From the NCBI GenBank assembly GCA_046290225.1, contig JBKAGE010000082.1, forward strand, positions 160,001-224,000: a stretch of DNA of 64,000 bases, written 5' to 3'. Shown piece after piece: positions 59,501 through 64,000 of the stretch. The notes beneath the pieces were generated by a model that saw only the letters and a list, made by a program, of their open reading frames with translations, searched no databases and was not told the origin of the DNA. Positions within the stretch are counted from its first letter, which is position 1. Every line of letters starts with the position of its first letter. The position numbers and the translations under genes were made by a program. The stretch is from Bradymonadia bacterium. Its GTDB lineage: Bacteria; Myxococcota_A; Bradymonadia; UBA7976; UBA1532.

Positions 59501-60131
59501 GACCGTCTATCTGACCAACGAAGACATCAGGGCCGTAGCCCCTGACAGCGACACCACCGCCTGGGTGGCCACCGGCGCAGGGGTGCGACGCATCAGCGGA
59601 GAGGGCACGCCTCAGCTCTTCAACCAGGCGAGCACCAATGGTGGGTTGCCCAGCGACGATGTTCAGGCCATCGCCATCCTCGATGACCAGGTCTACGCCG
59701 GCACCACCAATGGGCTGGGTGTGTACGATCCTGGTGCCGAGACCGAGTGGACTGCAGTGGGCCCTGAGCAGGGCCTCGATCAGCCCAATGTCACCCATTT
59801 GGCAATTCAGCTCGAGGGTCGGGTGTGGATCGGCACCGGTGACGGGCTCTACCTGCTCATCTCCGGCCTGCCCATCGAAGACTTCACCCTCGAAGACGGC
59901 CTGCCCAGCACCGAGATCACCAGCCTCACCACAGGGCCTGACAACAGCATCCTCGTCGGCACGCGCTCAGGGCTCACCCTCGGCGCATCTGTAGGCGGGC
60001 TCTGGGATTTCGAGACCAGCTACGGCTTCGTCGATGGTCAGCCCGGCCACGCGGTGTACGACATCGTGGTTGGCCGCGATGGTGATATCTGGGTCCGCTC
60101 GAACGACGGCGTCGCCCGTCTCGTGCGCTGA
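56529..60131 (+). CDS. Lipoprotein with thrombospondin type-3 repeats and two-component-regulator-type beta-propeller repeats
   Basis: TAG-C lipobox-like; DxDGDG...DNCP...NPDQ repeats; many W.GT..GL and GLPS..I repeats. Confidence 0.85.
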   Translation: MSRSLAGWLIASLATTAGCSLDFDEFTEDTNTPDVQFTEPDLGPTPDVGPMPDEGPMPDMVVDQPDVGPMPDMMVLDTDGDGINDVDDNCPDVENPDQLDGDGDMIGDLCDADLDGDGLENGIDNCPNVSNPAQADLDRDEIGDVCDDDADNDGLTGEQELLQGLDPLRPDTDADGYLDGADNCPQAPDRVGGDADGDGYGDACDTDADGDAVPNWRDNCPFTPNPDQALVEVEEGEPPSRRGAACADDADNDGILDDADNCPYAPNPIQGISPCEPRFAPQTYGRSVNALYRSGETVYAGTSGGELRVQGDDISLYTNADGLAGNNVTSVVRDADGRRWLTTDDGLTVIRPDGFRMSMRASDPAGSFTGTLNDVAVDIENERVWVGTDEGLFRFESGAWVPTGNFINVRDLWLETTEEGDRVLWVADEVAVNRITDPASIVAIFGLNPLIPPFKGVVGDADDYTWILSGNGAGRLAENDTLVEDRTYIGFDARDLTDAPDGARYLATEAGVRRIDAEGRLFPAGTRNLPDADIRALATDADGNRWAATGRGLVVLDGYFSLFASGNNGLANPCVNASIRAEGLIWMGTDDGLFTLPADGTPVEQARADLPSTNIYTLQRVGDEVWAGTTEGIARYDLVGVYLGSVRAEDGIPAGTIGDIEPGSEGQVWVGSTESGLARGDLQEDGTWAWTLYTREAQDRLPSDVIEGLSWYGGTGQLWIATDNGLGLYTSGEGFQPPVPQLVGIPLTDVVVDGDGNPYAGTTAYPAAAQGLGVAARTPIDEEGGGGDWVFLRRGNAAWPTFTTTDEVEDLAHDGRYLWVMLDAGRSTRGGWLARIPTPIDEGQLPEGVVFDTLNADLPATVGNSAHYSEGELHLAYCGDDARPGGVTVIDGGGLIERDLSTYQGLANDGDGVSLTLDHTGAPLFVARTEEGLEAWTLSAESPYRAPYELDRNSVRNALPQGCALPPGGTHLWCVLQGRGVGRRDPVSEQWTVYLTNEDIRAVAPDSDTTAWVATGAGVRRISGEGTPQLFNQASTNGGLPSDDVQAIAILDDQVYAGTTNGLGVYDPGAETEWTAVGPEQGLDQPNVTHLAIQLEGRVWIGTGDGLYLLISGLPIEDFTLEDGLPSTEITSLTTGPDNSILVGTRSGLTLGASVGGLWDFETSYGFVDGQPGHAVYDIVVGRDGDIWVRSNDGVARLVR

Positions 60132-60169
60132 GCGCTCTCAGCACAGTATTTTCTCGGTACAGTGCATTC

Positions 60170-61657
60170 TCAGAGCCAGGTCTCCACAGCCCCAGTCTCT
60201 GCCTCTTGGGGGCGCTGATATTGCCCCATCAGATCTGACAACCACTCTGGTGCCAGTGAATCGAAGACAAAGCCGCTCTCGTCTTCCTTGACCCACACCA
60301 CAGACCCTTCCAGTCCGTGGGGGGTGCCCTCGAGTGAGAGGGTGATGCTCTGGCCCACCTTGAGCAACTCGGGCGCATCTTCGGGCTGATGCACTCGGCA
60401 GCCTGACCGTGACAGCTCTTGCAGCAACACCCGATGCGTCTCGCCCTCGGCCGACAATGTACCCCACAGCCCTTGCACATGTACTCGCGGATACTTGCGC
60501 CGATTGCCCACATGGGACTTGCGCAGGGCAGTGAGGAAGGTCACCACCTCTCCACTGAGCTGGTTCGACGTGGTCTTGAGCACCGATGAAGCGCACAAGC
60601 TCTGACTGGCATGACCTGTCGCGTCGTCGAGCATCTCGTCGACCTTGCTCACAGCGCTGGCGATGCCCTCGGCGTCTTCCACAGTCTTCTGAATATGGCC
60701 GGAGATCTCTCGAGTCGTCGCCTCTTGCTGCACCACCGCACCAGAGATGCTGCCCACGCTCTGATTGATCTCGTCGATGGTGTGGCCGATCACTTTGATC
60801 GTCTCCACCACCTGTAGGGTCACGCGCTGAACCTCTTCAATCTCGGCCCCGATCTGCTCGGTTGCATCTGACGTCTGACGGGCCAGGCTCTTGACCTCGT
60901 CAGCAACGACGGCGAAGCCCTTACCTGCCTCCCCCGCCCGGGCAGCCTCGATGGTGGCGTTCAACGCCAGCAGGTTCGTCTTCTTCGCGATGGCCTCGAT
61001 GAGGCCCGAGACATGACCGATGCTCTGCACTGCATCCGACAAGCCATTGACCACCTCCGCGGTGTGCTGCATTTCCGACACCGCCTCTTGAGCCGTCTCC
61101 GATGACTCTGTGGTCAAGCGGGCGATCTCCGAGATTGTGGCGGTCATTTCTTCTGTCGAGCCTGCGAGGGCCTGCATGTGATCTGAGGCGTTGCGGGCCA
61201 TGTCGGTGATCTCGCTGTTGCGCGCCTGCGAGTTCATGGCCACCTCGCTGGTCTCAATCGACGCGTTCTCCACCATCTCTGCCGAGAAGTCGACCTGTTG
61301 CAACAGGCTGAAGACATTGCTCTCCAGCAATCGACCCATCTCCACCAACTGTTCGCTGAGGGTACTCACTTCGATGTCGTGCTCTGAAGGCTGGCTGCCC
61401 TCCTGAGCCTCTTCCACGGCATCACAGGCGGTCGCCGCCGTGATCTCGGACAGAGCCTCGTACCCAGACACTGGCTCAGATGCTTCACGGCTTCGGTGAG
61501 CCATGACCAGGCACCCGAGGCTGATCGCAACCGCAACGAAGCCGACCACCATGGGCGCCCAGGCGATGGCCACGAGCAACCCGATGTGGCAACCCACTTC
61601 GCCCCACAACCACACTGTTGATGTTCGTTTTGACGTTTGCGTGGAGGGGGTGTGCAC
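60170..61657 (-). CDS. Methyl-accepting chemotaxis protein with C-terminal PilZ domain
   Basis: N-terminal TM; KTNLLALNATIEAARAGEAGKGFAVVADEVKSLA; RRKYPR...ELSRSGC. Confidence 0.9.
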   Translation of the reverse strand: MHTPSTQTSKRTSTVWLWGEVGCHIGLLVAIAWAPMVVGFVAVAISLGCLVMAHRSREASEPVSGYEALSEITAATACDAVEEAQEGSQPSEHDIEVSTLSEQLVEMGRLLESNVFSLLQQVDFSAEMVENASIETSEVAMNSQARNSEITDMARNASDHMQALAGSTEEMTATISEIARLTTESSETAQEAVSEMQHTAEVVNGLSDAVQSIGHVSGLIEAIAKKTNLLALNATIEAARAGEAGKGFAVVADEVKSLARQTSDATEQIGAEIEEVQRVTLQVVETIKVIGHTIDEINQSVGSISGAVVQQEATTREISGHIQKTVEDAEGIASAVSKVDEMLDDATGHASQSLCASSVLKTTSNQLSGEVVTFLTALRKSHVGNRRKYPRVHVQGLWGTLSAEGETHRVLLQELSRSGCRVHQPEDAPELLKVGQSITLSLEGTPHGLEGSVVWVKEDESGFVFDSLAPEWLSDLMGQYQRPQEAETGAVETWL

Positions 61658-62030
61658 AGTGGATCGCCTTTCATTTCAGACACGCTCTCACCTCTATTCG
61701 GAATCCTCAGTCCCGAATTCAAGGCAGGAGTCATCCTCAGACGACAAAAAACCAACCCATTTTGAGCCAAACATATCCTCAAAACGGAATACAAAAACGA
61801 TTCACAAGGTATGAACACCATTCAAAAAAGGTAAAACAAAGCCTGTCCACACTCATTGGGAGGGTGCACGACCATCTCAACTGGCCACTCATCACACCAT
61901 GCATCACATCAATCAGTTGAACAGTGTTCATTCCTCAGCGACGAAATACATATGTGTTCACCCATCGTCATGGGACTGGCGCCTGCGCTCGAGGATGAGC
62001 GGCATCATGGACCCAGGCTGGGCCTGGGGA

Positions 62031-62912
62031 TCAGCTGTCGTAGGTGTAGAAGCCCTGTCCGGTCTTGCGCCCCAGCTTGCCGGCCCGAACCATGCGCTTG
62101 AGGATTTGCGGTGGGCGGAAAGTGTCGGTGCCGAGCTCTCGGTGCAGGTGCTCGGTGATGGCGAGGCGCACGTCGAGGCCCACGAGATCGGTGAGGGCCA
62201 GTGGGCCGATGGGGTGCCGGTAACCCAAGGTCATGGCCTTGTCGATGTCTTCTGGAGAAGCGACCCCCTCTTCCACCATGCGCATGGCCTCGTTGCCCAG
62301 GGCGATGCCCAGTCGACTGGTGGCGAAGCCCGGGGCGTCTCGTACCACAATGCAGGTCTTGCCGAGGTCTTCGCCAAAGGCCTGGGCCGCCGCCACAGTG
62401 GCCTCGCTGGTGTACTCACCGCGCACGATCTCGAGCAACGGCATGATGACCACAGGGTTGAAGAAGTGCATGCCCAGCACACGGTCCGGGCAGCGGGTGG
62501 CGGAGGCGATCTCGGTGATGCTCAAACTCGAAGTATTGCTCGCGAGCACAGCATGACTCGGCGCCTCGGCCTCGAGCACCTGGAAGATCTCTCGCTTGAG
62601 GGGCATGCGCTCCGGTGCCGCCTCGACGACCAGATCGGCCTCGGTCACCGCCTGAGCCAGATCAGTGCAACCAGAGACGCGCCCCAGGGCAGCTTCCGCC
62701 TCTGCCTCGGTCATCTTCTGCCGGGAGACCGCCTTGTCATAGCTCGCCCGAATCCGATCGAGACCCTGGTCGAGTGCGCTCTCTGCGAGATCATAGAGCA
62801 TGACCTCATAACCGCAGCGGGCCGCTTGAGCGGCGATGCCGTGGCCCATGGTGCCAGCACCGAGCACGGTGACATTGCGGATCTTCAGGTTGGGCGTTTC
62901 GATGGTGTCCAC
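62031..62912 (-). CDS. 3-hydroxyacyl-CoA dehydrogenase
   Basis: VLGAGTMGHGIA, ASNTSS, GMHFFNP, GPL.L.D.VGLD, LGRKTGQGFY. Confidence 0.95.
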   Translation of the reverse strand: MDTIETPNLKIRNVTVLGAGTMGHGIAAQAARCGYEVMLYDLAESALDQGLDRIRASYDKAVSRQKMTEAEAEAALGRVSGCTDLAQAVTEADLVVEAAPERMPLKREIFQVLEAEAPSHAVLASNTSSLSITEIASATRCPDRVLGMHFFNPVVIMPLLEIVRGEYTSEATVAAAQAFGEDLGKTCIVVRDAPGFATSRLGIALGNEAMRMVEEGVASPEDIDKAMTLGYRHPIGPLALTDLVGLDVRLAITEHLHRELGTDTFRPPQILKRMVRAGKLGRKTGQGFYTYDS

Positions 62913-63004
62913 GACGGATCTCCAGAAGGTGGGTTGCAGTTCGAAAGCGGGGGGAGCATATCAGCGATTGCAGTTCCCTGATCGCAGTTCTACGAGGAGT
63001 TCTG

Positions 63005-63880
63005 ATGTCGACTCACATTCGCGCCGACCAGTTCGGTGATCCCGACAAGGTCCGAGTTCACCTTGAGCGCCGCGGCCCCGTGGCCTTGATCACCCTCGAG
63101 GACGAGGGGCTCAACGGCTACTCGTTCCGCATGTTCAAGCAGCTCGATGACGTGATCCTCGCCTGTCGCTTTGATCCATCGGTACAGGTGATGGTCATCA
63201 CCGGGGCCGGTGAGCATTTCTGCGCCGGGGCGAACATCAAGATGCTCGAGGCCGCTGACACCGAGAGCAAGTACTACTTCTGTTTGCACGCCAACGAGAC
63301 TCTGCTGCGCCTGGAGCACACCCCGAAGGTGGTGATCGCCGCCATGAACGGACACTGCGTAGGCGGAGGTCTGGAGATCGCCCTGGCCTGTGATCTACGC
63401 GTGGGACGCCGCGGTGGTGGCCGGGTGGGGCTCCCGGAGATCAACCTCGGCGTGCTCCCCGGCACGGGGGGTACTCAGCGCCTGAGCCGCTTGCTCGGCC
63501 CATCGAAGGCCATGGCCCTGATGTTGTCTGGCGAGACGATGGGTATGGAGAAAGCCGAGACGCTGGGGCTGGTCACGGAGTTGTTGGGCGACACTGAAGA
63601 GCGTGAGATCAAAGGCAAGATGCGTACGGTGCCTGCCCTCGGTCGCGACGCCTTCGTCGACGAGGTGGTGGCCTACGCCGAGCGCCTGTGCACACCGGGT
63701 CGGGCAGCGATGGCGGCTGGTCACATCAAGCGGGCGGTGCAGTCTGGCGCCGGCCTGCCTCTGGAGCAGGGCCTGGCCCTGGAGCGAGAGCTGCAAGCGA
63801 AGCTCTTCGCCAGCGATGACGCCCGAGAGGGGCTGGCGGCCTTTGTCGAGAAGCGCCAGGCAAAGTTCGAAAACCGCTGA
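63005..63880 (+). CDS. Enoyl-CoA hydratase/isomerase family protein
   Basis: FCAGANI, GGGLEIALACD, GLPEINLGVLPG.GGTQRL, EGL.AF.EKR. Confidence 0.93.
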   Translation: MSTHIRADQFGDPDKVRVHLERRGPVALITLEDEGLNGYSFRMFKQLDDVILACRFDPSVQVMVITGAGEHFCAGANIKMLEAADTESKYYFCLHANETLLRLEHTPKVVIAAMNGHCVGGGLEIALACDLRVGRRGGGRVGLPEINLGVLPGTGGTQRLSRLLGPSKAMALMLSGETMGMEKAETLGLVTELLGDTEEREIKGKMRTVPALGRDAFVDEVVAYAERLCTPGRAAMAAGHIKRAVQSGAGLPLEQGLALERELQAKLFASDDAREGLAAFVEKRQAKFENR

Positions 63881-64000
63881 GCAGCACACTCGCTGGCGAA
63901 ATCAGGCCTGTCCTACCCGACTCAAGTGGCTAATTTTCAGCCACTCCTTATGGAGTGTACCCTTCGCTGACGTCATATGATGCAATGGTGCGTAGCACTG

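Overview
GC-rich chromosomal window; gene content (PEGA/TPR, TSP3 and GKxD lipoproteins, Ser/Thr kinase, FHA proteins, DUF4175-MoxR-BatA operon) suggests Myxococcota or a related deltaproteobacterium (inference). Left part, in order: penicillin/AHL-acylase family hydrolase, bufferin-type RiPP cluster (DUF2282/DUF692/DUF2063) with a divergent ECF sigma/anti-sigma pair, CBM20 lipoprotein, two Hsp20 genes, an rpoE-like operon, a DUF4175-peptidase-MoxR-DUF58-BatA operon, a Ser/Thr kinase, a 4-hydroxybenzoyl-CoA-reductase-like Mo enzyme (gamma-alpha fusion plus beta), an O-methyltransferase and an RluA synthase. The centrepiece (33.6-52.7 kb, plus a co-oriented FHA/VWA/PEGA/TSP3 module to 60.1 kb) is a contractile injection system (CIS/eCIS-like) locus: DUF4255, two sheaths, two tubes, a chaperone/DUF6760 pair linked by a probable -1 frameshift, a 1549-aa low-complexity protein, LysM tube initiator, gene-D hub, gp25, baseplate J, a tail-I-like protein and a fibre-slot protein. 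It is atypical. No recognisable gp5/gpV spike, PAAR, AAA+ ATPase or lysis gene lies in the locus; the spike/PAAR slot holds a protein made of two Zn-ribbon-like repeats; the tail-I protein has an N-terminal PASTA domain; and the fibre-slot protein looks globular. The window ends with an MCP-PilZ chemoreceptor and acyl-CoA metabolism genes. No rRNA, tRNA, CRISPR array or IS element was recognised. All family calls come from motif recognition by eye, not database searches.
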